Assembly: GCA_002269645.1 (NCBI GenBank)
Contig: NIVC01000598.1
Span: forward strand, 248,001-312,000
Direction of reading: 5' to 3'
DNA length: 64,000 nt
From: Macrostomum lignano
Lineage: Eukaryota
Positions 1 to 10,686 of this stretch are shown here, one piece after another. Both the position numbers and the translations under genes were made by a program. Each line of letters begins with the position of its first letter. Within the stretch, counting starts at the first letter, position 1. The notes below the pieces were generated by a model. It made no database searches and was not told the origin of the DNA. It saw nothing but the letters and a program-made list of their open reading frames with translations.

Positions 1-857
1 AGGGCAGGTAGGCGGGGATGCGCACCGGGTCGCAGTCGAACAGGCGGCAGTTGTAGCGGGACATCGCCGTCTGCCGGTGCCGCTCGAGGTCGCGCAGGCC
101 GGCGTCAAGCAGGCGCGAATTCTCTGCCAGGATGGCGCGCACCGAGTCGCGCTTGGCGTCCAGGTGGCGCTGCTTCTGGCCGCGGTATTCGGCGAGCACG
201 GCCGCCACGCGCCACTTTGGCACCTGCGGTGGGATGGGGATTGGAGGGTGATTCTGAGATGGGGATTGGAGGCAGATTCTGAGATGGGGATTGGAGGCCG
301 ATTCTGAGATGGGGATTGGAGGCAGATTCTGAGATGGGGATTGGAGGCAGATTCTGAGATGGGGATTGGAGGCAGATTCTGAGATGGGGATTGGAGGCAG
401 ATTCTGAGATGGGGATTGGAGGCAGATTCTGAGATGGGGATTGGAGGCAGATTCTGAGATGGGGATTGGAGGCAGATTCTGAGATGGGGATTGGAGGCAG
501 ATTCTGGGATGGGGATTGGAGGCAGATTCTGGGATGGGGATTGGAGGCCGATTCTGAGATGGGGATTGGAGGCAGATTCTGGGATGGGGATTTAGCCTCG
601 CTTCAGCTCCATCTCACCTGGATACCCGGAGCAGCGCTGCTTGGCCGGCCGCCAGCTGTGACTGTGGAATCCTCCGCGGCAGCCGTCACTGTCGCTTCAG
701 CCTCCACAGTTTCCATCGCCTCCTCTGTCGTTGGAGGCGCCGAGGCAGCAGCCGCCGCCGCCGGTGACATCGGCCGCAATAAGGAAGCGGATGCTGAGGA
801 TGAAGGCGACGATGACGGCGATCGCCGCTGCTGACCGGCTGCTGCTGACGAGGACTG
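1..857 (-). CDS. Unidentified protein-coding gene, two internal exons (618-857 and 1-223), runs off the left edge
   Basis: GC-rich exons with canonical sites: ttgcag|857..618|gtgagat and ccgcag|223. They join in phase 0 to give ...SSAAPGIQ|VPKWRVAAVLAEYRGQKQRHLDAKRDSVRAILAENSRLLDAGLRDLERHRQTAMSRYNCRLFDCDPVRIPAYLP. Family not recognised and start exon not found. Confidence 0.7.
230..592. repeat. Intronic minisatellite, 25-bp unit GAGATGGGGATTGGAGGCAGATTCT
   Basis: Near-identical tandem copies filling most of the 224-617 intron. Confidence 0.97.
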
Positions 858-1617
858 CTGCAAGGCATTGTTTTCAGCTTAACGGTAACGCATAAACACT
901 GGAACACTGTCCTATGCATTAATGTATGTACCGCTCTACCTGTCTATCTATCTTGTCATTCGGTGGCTGTCGTGTGATAATTCACAACTATCTACAGAAT
1001 AAGAAACAAAACATTATATAGTAAAGCCAGACGCAGAGTTCGAACAGAGAGGATGACAGCAAGGACAGAGCAGCTACTCATCAGTAGTATATAATTGCAT
1101 TCGATAATTGGGCACGGCTTCCATGGCTGGAGATAGGAAAGGGCCGCATTAAAACAAAGATTCGCAGTCCAACAGGAACAGCTGCAATCGAGGCTGTCAG
1201 TACGCTCGTAAATGTTAAAGTAAAACAGCAATCAATTTAGAATTTAAAAAATGAGTTGCTAACGTGAGGAGTGAATTTTTTTAATTTAGAACATTTTCGT
1301 ACCGACTGCTGCTTGACTAAAAATGCTGCGCACGGACACTACAAGTATAGAAGCATAGCAACTATTTATTTTTATTATTATTAACAGGTACGAGGCGACG
1401 GGGGATGGGCGACAACATAGCGAGCAAACATTAATAAAAAAAGAACGCTTAATGACAGTTTTGACTGCATGGCAATGCTTCGGGTATTCACTGGGTGTAG
1501 ATCTCAGGCCAAAGCCTGTAGCTCCGTGCATAGCGCCACAACTGCGACCCGGCATGTGATGCTACTAGCGGCTAGTAGTATATAAGCCGGGGCGCCAACG
1601 CACATCGGAGATTTGCG

Positions 1618-2802
1618 TTAGCGGGAACTGCCGCTGCGGGACCTGCAAAGAAAAGGTTCGAGAGAAAATTGTCGCAATCAAATTGGATTATGCACTACTC
1701 ATAACAGACAGCCACTCCACAACCACTCAGCAGCCACCCCACAACCACTCAGCAGCCACCCCACACCCACTCAGCAGCCACCCCACAACCACTCAGCAGC
1801 CACCCCACAACCACTCAGCAGCCACCCCACAACCACTCAGCAGCCACCCCACAACCACTCAGCAGCCACCCCACACCCACTCAGCAGCCACCCCACAACC
1901 ACTCAGCAGCCACCCCACACCCACTCAGCAGCCACCCCACAACCACTCAGCAGCCACCCCACACCCACTCAGCAGCCACTCCACAACCACTCAGCAGCCA
2001 CCCCACACCCACTCAGCAGCCACCCCACACCCACTCAGCAGCCACCCCACACCCACTCAGCAGCCACTCCACACCCACTCAGCAGCCACCTGCAGACAGC
2101 CACCCCACACCCACTCAGCAGCCACCTGCAGACAGCCACCCCACACCCACTCAGCAGCCACCTGCAGACAGCCACCCCACACCCACTCAGCAGCCACCCC
2201 ACACCCACTCAGCAGCCACCTGCAGACAGCCATTCCTCTCAATATTGCCTCCTTTCCAAATTACCTGCGGCGACGCGGTGGCGGCGAACGACTGCGGCTT
2301 CGGCTACGGCTGCGGCTCCGGCTGTACGAAGGACTACGCCTGGAATTCGGGCACAAGGAAGGCGCGAGGTGTGAAACCAAGAACTGGACGTATGTTGATC
2401 TTTACAAAATGAATGAATTTACCTTCGACGGTCGCGGCCGCCGCCGCCGCCACCTCTACCGCCGCCGGCCTTTCTCGGACAGGCGTAGGCGTAGTGGCCG
2501 AGCTCGCCGCAGTCGTAGCAGCGGTCGTTAGGATTGGCCGAGCGGCCGCCCCGGGCCTGGCCGGTGGACATTTCAACCCGGGCGCGCACCCCGCAGATGG
2601 TGGCGCCGTCCAGGCCGCGGGCGGCGTCCTTGGCATCGCGGGGGTCCTCCATCTCCACGAAGGCGAAGCCGGGCGGGTTGCGGGCCACCCAAACGGAGCG
2701 GACGTGGCCGAAGGAGCGAAATGCCCGCTCGATTTCGCGTTCCTCGGCGTCGCGCGGCAGATCGCCGACATAGATTTTGCAGTCTAGTCGCATGCGGGCC
2801 AT
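1618..2802 (-). CDS. SRSF7: SR splicing factor, SRSF7/9G8 type (RRM + CCHC zinc knuckle + RS domain); exons 2423-2802, 2265-2339, 1618-1642
   Basis: CKIYVGDL...[30 protein letters not shown] is the SRSF3/7 RRM; [14 protein letters not shown] is the zinc knuckle diagnostic of SRSF7. GT-AG sites give phase-consistent [15 protein letters not shown]...RSRSGSSR-stop. Confidence 0.92.
1711..2228. repeat. Intronic minisatellite, 22-bp unit CAGCAGCCACCCCACA(A/C)CCACT, with 35-bp variant units
   Basis: Tandem copies seen directly in SRSF7 intron 2. Confidence 0.97.
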
Positions 2803-2984
2803 GGCTGGCTGGCTGGCTGGCTGGCGGTTGAGGCGATGAGCTGGAAGCGGGATTTGAGCACAAATAAATTCGATGACGGGCAGCGATTGTTGCGGCGAAT
2901 TTAACCGCAATAATAAGTAGAAATGTGGTGACTCTCAGAGTGGGCCCGACTACAGAGGGACAGAGATCACGGGAATGAAAAGCG

Positions 2985-3705
2985 GGTAATCACAGATGAA
3001 ATGGAGGGTAATCACAGGTTGAATGGAGGGAAATCACAGATGGAATGGAGGGAAATCACAGATGGAATGGAGGGAAATCACAGATGGAATGGAGGGTAAT
3101 CACAGATGGAATGGAGGGAAATCACAGATGGAATGGAGGGAAATCACAGATGGAATGGAGGGTAATCACAGATTGAATAGAGGGTAATCACAGATGGAAT
3201 GGAGGGTAATCACAGATTGAATAGAGGGTAATCACAGATGGAATGGAGGGTAATCACAGATTGAATAGAGGGTAATCACAGATGGAATGGAGGGTAATCA
3301 CAGATGGAATGGAGGGTAATCACAGATGGAATGGAGGGTAATCACAGATGGAATGAAGGGAAATCACAGATGGAATGGAGGGAAATCACAGATTGAATAG
3401 AGGGTAATCACAGATGGAATGGAGGGAAATCACAGATGGAATGGAGGGTAATCACAGATGGAATGGAGGGTAATCACAGAGGGGATGGAGGGTAATCACA
3501 GATGAAATGGAGGGTAATCACAGAGGGGATGGAGGGTAATCACAGAGGGGATGGAGGGTAATCACAGATGGGATGGAGGGTAATCACAGATGGAATGGAG
3601 GGTAATCACAGAGGGGATGGAGGGTAATCACAGAGGGGATGGAGGGTAATCACAGATGGAATGGAGGGTAATCACAGATGGAATGGAGGGTAATCACAGA
3701 GGGGA
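2985..3705. repeat. Minisatellite, about 22-bp unit ATCACAGATGGAATGGAGGGTA, upstream of SRSF7
   Basis: Tandem copies with point variants seen directly. Confidence 0.97.
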
Positions 3706-4613
3706 GATTTCAATGAAAAAGCTTTCTAAGAATTGATTGAAACAATTAAGTGAAGTCCAACAACGCCGAGTCAACAGTCAAAAGTACAAAGCTGTCCGAT
3801 AAGCTCTCACAACGGGAGGCCTTTATGTAATTCAAGATGAAAGAAGAATACCTGTACTTTAAAGAGTAGAACGATATTAACAAATACATTTATAGCCAGG
3901 TTATTACAAGAACTGGAGTAAAAACAAAAGCAGCTCCATGAGGCGGTGGGTCAGGAGAGAGTAAACTGTATTTACACAGTGGTTGATCGAACATTAGACA
4001 GTTATCAAAGTTCACTGAATATTATAATTTCTATATAGATTATCTTACGTAAGTCACATCTACAATTAATAGAAAAAATCATGAGAATTACAAAGACAAA
4101 TAGGGTGCACTGGCCTGTGTACTGTCATCTCTGGTTTGACTCCCTACCTACTTTTGAGAGTCGAGAAGAGACTAGATAAGGTGAGATGAGAGCAGAGCCA
4201 GAGAAGCAGCAGGACTTCTAAAAACGCAAATGTTCAAATTGAGAAGAAAAAGTGATTAGAAACAAACTGGTCAAAGGAAATTAGGCTGATAAAAATGAAA
4301 TTCATAATTAGACATATTTGTAATATAAAAAATAGGCTATTAAAATAGAAAACTAGGCGTGGTAAATTACATCAGTTATTAAAAATAATAAGTAGATCAG
4401 GCGGCAGGTATATCAGAACTCAACACCCGATTAGGAGACTCCAGCACAATGCCGGTCTTTGTGTACCGAACACAAAAGAACAAAGAGCAACATCTGATGC
4501 CAGAATTCGCAGACACAGTAAACATGGAGCACCATAAAAATTGAGAAGTTTATATTAAAAAACTCAGCCTGGCAGAACAGGGGAGACTGGGGGGAGGGGA
4601 GCCCCAGCAACAG

Positions 4614-6615
4614 TCAGGAGTGCAGGACGGCCACGTTGCCCCAGTGGGTGGTGGCCAGGGGGCCGCCAGCCGTGAAGATGCGGGTGCAGTCGGCATCGTA
4701 CTTGTGGGAGTAGATGGCGTACTCCGGCTGGGAGCCGTGCAGATAATTGTGATCCCTGAACAGCTGGTGCTGGCGGGCCTGCTGCTGCTGGTCGCCTGGC
4801 AGGGCCGCCTTGCACAGGCCCAGGTGGCGGGTCAGGTGCCGATGCGAGCGGACATCGTAAAAGTACACGTTGCCGATCCCGGTTCCGTAGGACACCACGG
4901 GCCCGTTGCAGGCCAGGGAGCGGACGCCGCTCAGCCGGTCCTTGGACTCGATGCTGTCCGAGGCCAAGCCAGTCCGACTGTCGTACAGGGTCACCTGGGC
5001 GCAACCAGTTCACCCTCTTTATCTCTTTAGGCTTTAAAATTCACCCGAGTTCCAATGTGGACCCTACACCACTAACTAAATAAGTAGCCTAGTAATATTC
5101 TCACTACGAATAACTAGCCCTGTGCTTGCCTATTGTCCCCATGAAAACGGTACCCAGGCCCACAGATACTAGAATAGAACAAGTAGATGAGCCACTCAGC
5201 ACATTTGCGTGCAACCTACTTTCAGTTCAGTAGTAAGTTAAACTGAAGCATTTTAATGTATTTTTGTAGTCCCCCAAGCTTAAACCCTTAAACTCCACAC
5301 AGAACCTCTGCGTCATCTGAATCGCATTTGGCAGTTATAACAACTCTCTTATTTAGTCAACTTAATTTAGTAGAAAGTTAAGCGCTAGCACGACTCTTGG
5401 ACGAATTTTTTGCGTCTATTTCAGGATTTTGCATATACCTTTGGAATCACTCGGCCGTTTCTATTGGCAACACACACATGTAAGTCGCTATTGGCTGAGA
5501 GCAGTCACGTGACTACTTTTCTGTCCAATAGCGTTGTACATGTGTGTGTTGCCAATAGAAACGGTCGTGTGAATCCCTAGGTTGCGCCCTAGGGTGAATC
5601 CCTAGGCGCAAGTGACTCAAAAGTCGCCTCTCAACCACATACATCGCTAGTCACTATTCTAGTATCGGCCCTTCCACTAACCATGCTGCACAGTTGCTGG
5701 AAATGGCAGCGAAGGGAGACTCACATGATCCACGCAGCAGGAGTAGAAGCAGTGCGGCTCGGGCGAGGCCCGCACGCAGACGGTCTCCTTGGCGAAGCTG
5801 GACTCAGAGCTGCCCAAATGGATGGTAGCAACTGGCGTGTCCAGCCTCTCGATGCTGTAGAATTGCAGGAAACTGTTGAGGCTGAGCACGGCCAGATTGC
5901 CGCACTTGCCAATGTCAACGGAGCGCAGCCGGGCCGACTGGTCCTGGAAGTCGCGCACTTTGCGCACATAGCGCGGCGAGGTGACGGCGAAGCCATCGGG
6001 ATCAACGTCGGTTGAGAAGTTGGCCTCCGGCAGACTCCAGATGGCCATGCTGGAGTCGCGCGCCACCGACACCAGGGTGGCGGCGTCCAGCCAGGCGGCG
6101 TCGAACACCCAGTCGGCGTGGGCGCCGTGCAGCAGAGCGTAGGGCCGCAGGTCGGGCAGCTCGTACACCCCGAGATCGCCATCGGCCAGAGCGCCAGTAG
6201 CCAGAAAGGTGGCCGGCCCGTTGGTCTCCAAGGCGTGCAGGCCGCCGTCGTTAATGACAACCGGCAGGTTGGGGAGACCCCGCGAGCGGCCCGGCATGCC
6301 GAGTAGCGGGACTCGAGTCACGGCGCTGTTCAGCAGGTTCAGGCGAAGCAGGTTGTTGCACTTGGTGGCCAGGAGCACCGTGTCGTTATTCAGCCACTCG
6401 CAGGCGAACACCTTGTTGTAGGAGCCGATGCTGTAAGCGGAAGGCCGCAGCGTGGCAGCCAGCTGGCGGCAGAGTCGCTCTTGAAGGAGGCTGTTGAGCA
6501 GCGGGCGCTGCTGCAGATGAGGCGGCAGGAAGCGCCGCCTCAGGGAAAGGGACCTGTGCACCAGGCTGTGCGGCAGGTTCTCCCGCACCGGCGGCCGACC
6601 CTTGGTGGCCACCAT
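4614..6615 (-). CDS. DCAF12: DDB1- and CUL4-associated factor 12 (WD40 substrate receptor); exons 5725-6615 and 4614-4994
   Basis: NKVFACEWL...TKCN, HADWVFDAAWL...VSVARDSSMAIW, GTGIGNVYFYDVR and the C-terminal IYSHKYD...IFTAGGPLATTHWGNVAVLHS match DCAF12 motifs. Phase-0 junction CVDH|VTLYD (gtgagt...cccag). Confidence 0.9.
5455..5564. repeat. Palindromic/foldback element in the DCAF12 intron
   Basis: Perfect arms of about 28 bp (CCGTTTCTATTGGCAACACACACATGTA and its reverse complement), inner arms CGCTATTGG/CCAATAGCG and a central palindrome AGTCACGTGACT. Confidence 0.85.
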
Positions 6616-9016
6616 GGTCCAATACCCCCAATGGGATGCGAGAGTTGTGTGTTACACTGCTGCCAGGCCCAACAGTTGGGCGGCTGTAGAGGTTGAAACA
6701 TAACCAACTTATATACTTATATACAGATTAAAACAAAATATGACAAACTAAAAAGATTCCAACTTCTTAGACAAAATAAATAGAGATGGTAATAATAATT
6801 TGCTATTCATAAAAGTCCTATGTATGTTAGTTTTCGATGAATTGCTCAAGGGGAGCTTTCACAGGGTAAAAAATTTCACAATGTAGAAAACTACTACATG
6901 GTTCTTGCTATATTGCTTTCAATGTTGTGAACTTTCAAGCTTATGAAGCTTTGACCTTATGAAAGTGCTGCCCACCCCTCAGCCCAACTAGTGCGTTAAT
7001 ACTTTTTGAAGCATTGTGGATGGCCATCTATGAAAATGTCACTTTTTCCAATAGGGCTTATCAAGGTATTAAATACACTAGGTTTTTATACTATCTACCC
7101 TACATACTAGGCCAAAATTATTTTTAGTTCTTATCTTATAAATAGACTTAGTTTCTAATAAGGATTGTACTACAATTTCTTTTATTTTAGTAATTGCCAC
7201 ATCATGGTTGGCTATCCACTTACCCAAAATTTTATTTCATTGTCTTATGAAGACATTCTCATAATAAAATAGGACAAAATTATCCAATTGCCAACTAGGC
7301 TAACTGTAAACATTGTAACACATGGCTCTAATATTGATAAGTGTTGGGTACAATACTCAAAAAATTATGTGAAAACCAATACTCTGATACCATTAAAAAA
7401 AGTGCTGAAAATACTTTAAAGTCTGATATCCAAATTTGAGTATAGGGCCTAACACATACCCTAATTCCAAAACCTAGTTTTCTTTACAAAAACAATGTTT
7501 AAAAAGTATAAATGCATAATTTAAGTTTCTTAGACATTTCCCCAAATTTTTAAGGCAAAGAAAGCAAGTCTAGCATTGTTTTAAATGAAGAAACCTTCAA
7601 TAAAACAAATCAAATAATTAAACAAATGAAAAAACAATCAGTAGCCACAATGTAGACAGTCTTTTATATCTATTAGTACTATATTATCAATTTAGTATAG
7701 TGTGGAAGCCTGCCATATGTAGTTGTATATAGTTGTTTTTATGCTAGCCATTTACTTGTATACCTATCTATTTTATTATCAATTTTTATGCTAGGCATTT
7801 ATACCAAGGCTACTTTTTTCTAGAATTACACCAGGGATTTCTAGCATAACTATAATGAAATAGACTATAGGAGGAACATATTTTAAAACCAATTACTTCT
7901 AATTGGGCAATACCTTGCCTGCCACCTAGGTTTTTTAGGGTTGGAAATCTAGTCACCAGCTGGCCTTTGGGGGCTCAAAATCTAGTTGCCAATGGCTTTT
8001 ATTGGTTGCCCATTAGCAACTAGGCAAATTCTTGAGATGGATATATCTAAAACTGCATTTGAAAAGCAGAAATTTGTTCTCTCAACTCTAAGATTGCAAT
8101 CTATGTTGCAAACAATAACAAACAAACAATTCGATCATATTGATTTATATGGCACTTTTATTGCACTTACAAAATCATTTTTTGAAATTGGCAAATGGCA
8201 TGGAGAAAATGAAGTTGCCAGATTGGCTTTTGATGCCAAAAATCTAGTTGCCAATGAGATTTTCAAGGGGCCAACTTGACTCTCTGTATATACGCTTGTA
8301 TAAACCTATATTACAGATTGCATCACTTTTTCCCTTTACTCAACTTGGCCTTGCCCAATATATGCATTTAAGATAATGGATTTATTTATTTATTGATGAC
8401 TACTATGTACTTGTTACTAGTATAATAGTACACACTATTGATATAATTTATTATTGTAGAAATTGTAAAATCAATATGGCAATCAGTGACTAACTTGGAC
8501 TTGCAACATGATGATTTATACATAAATGCTAGCTTATCTAGGCTGGATTTTAAAATAGAAATTAGGGCTTTATACTCAAAAAGACATTATTTATACTTGT
8601 AAGAATTTGGTTTGTTTACGAGTATATAAAAAGTTGGCATGCATTGGCTTGGCATAGGTTTAGCCTAGGCAGTGCATAATATAGTAATATGGTATATTAT
8701 AATAATATAATATAACCCATATAAGGTAGAGTATATTGTATACTATATATCAAATATTAATAATTGCATTGTACTTACAGCCAAGATCATGTAATGTGTA
8801 TGCTAGAAATTACCCAAAAATATTCATTGTGCACCAGGTATGCTAGGTAATGCTAGGTAAAATCAAGTATGTCAGCAATAAATATGAAATATCTTAGCCT
8901 CTAAGCTTAATTTTGCATCAATATAAACATATTTATTCATTTAAAAAAGACAAACATTTTTAATAAAGCTCTTATCCTTTTTGTTTTAAAAATAATTTTG
9001 CAAAATTGGTAAACTA

Positions 9017-9164
9017 TAAGGGGTGTCCCAAAAGTTCCTGGAATGTCTAATGTAGCACTTCAATGGAGCCATGAAATTTTATGCCCATGGGGTCAAATGA
9101 AAGGAAATTTTGTCACAAAGAAAACAAAGTTAAAAAATCATGTTAATATCTTGGACACCCCGTA
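9017..9164. mobile_element. Small TA-flanked Tc1/mariner-type MITE
   Basis: Left TA-AGGGGTGTCCCA versus reverse complement of right end TA-CGGGGTGTCCAA; short imperfect TIRs only. Confidence 0.45.
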
Positions 9165-10496
9165 TATGTTTATAACCTTATGCTATATAAATTTTCTTAT
9201 TAAAATTTAATGTACAGGTTTGTGTTGCTAGTGCAAACTGGCTTTAGTCAGCCAGCCCAGCTTGGCCTTGGGTGGGTATTGGTAGGGAGGTGGTTGCTCT
9301 GTATACTTTTAACCCCCAACCTTGAAGTGTTGCAGTTAGGATGGCTATTCATCTAAATTTATTTTTTTCATTGTTCCTCATGCTTTTATCCTAAATTAAT
9401 TGGATGATTAATATCTTAGTTGTGTTACTATTTTTAATAAAATATTTAAAATAGACTTGTAGTAATACTATTCTAGTAATTCTTTCACTGTTTAGGCTAG
9501 TTTTGAGGTTTCCATGCATTTTGGTACCTATGCTTCTTGGTACCTAGCATTTTGGTATCCCAGATTACTTTTTGGTACCCTATTTTATGATAGCAAAATA
9601 AAAATAAAAAGTAATCTTATAGCAAATATAATAAATACTTTACAAAACATTAGGATTTCTAATGAAGACAGTATCCATTTTTGTTAAACTAGCATGTTTC
9701 TTAAATTATGAAAAATCCAATGAATTTAATGGCATGCATACGCTATATCCTATATTATATTACAATTACAAGGCTGCACTTAGCATGCATGCTAAGAACA
9801 GTTATTTAGGTAAAGATTAAATCTATTAACAATGCTAAATGTAGTTTTAATTAAAATTATAAATGTGACAAATCTATTCTAGTATTGATTTCTTGAGTCA
9901 CATGATCCTGTTTTATTTCTTGAGAAATCAAGTTGAAAGAATTTAAATGAAAAGAGAGCATTTTTATTAAAACACTAAGTCAGCTTAACAAAATGAATAA
10001 TACATTAGTATTTTTAAGTAAATAAGTACTACAAAGCTAAAGCTAAACTTACTGCTAAATTCGGGGTCATTTTCTAGGCCTATAAAAGCCTAAATTGAGT
10101 CATTTGCCCACAGGGTATAAAACAACTAAAGTTCTCAACTCAAAGAAAGCTCTGAGACTTAATTGTTCTATAATATATAAATTACAGTGGTGGCAGCTCT
10201 ATCCTACTAAAAGTAATTAGCTCAACTAATTGACATATTATTTTACAGTGTCAGAATCTACAGTGTCTACCATTTGAATGACCGCACCACGACCACTACA
10301 CAATTGCTCAGCTACAATTATGACTACCCTCCCCCTAGAACTTAAGGACCTTGGCAGTCGGAGTGAAACAGGAAAAAGAATTCCATTGTGATTTCTCTGC
10401 GCAATTTCTAGATTTATTTATGCGAATGCAATGCCAATGGGAATTCAAACATGGAATCTGCCCCACTTCATTGGTGTCAACAAACCCACCAACTTC

Positions 10497-10686
10497 CAGT
10501 GGCATAGGGAAAGGGGGGATCAGAGGGGATTTTCCCCCCCCCCGAAGAGCCTGACCAAAACTTTTTTGTTGCCCTTTTTCGCTATACATGCAACCATGTG
10601 AGCACTTTTACCTTGGTGTATCCCCCCATAGGAAATTCACCTTGGTGTATCCCCCCCCCTGTAGGAAATTCCTGGCTACGCCCCTG
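10497..10686. mobile_element. hAT-type MITE with 8-bp TSD
   Basis: Ends CAGTGGCATAG... and ...CTACGCCCCTG are imperfect TIRs, flanked by the exact 8-bp direct repeat CCAACTTC (10489-10496, 10687-10694). Confidence 0.8.

Noticed and set aside
7830-8280. 97-aa ORF at 7986-8279 and repeated GTTGCC/GCAAC motifs suggesting a MITE
   Set aside because: No recognisable protein motif, and I could not define matching TIRs or a TSD.
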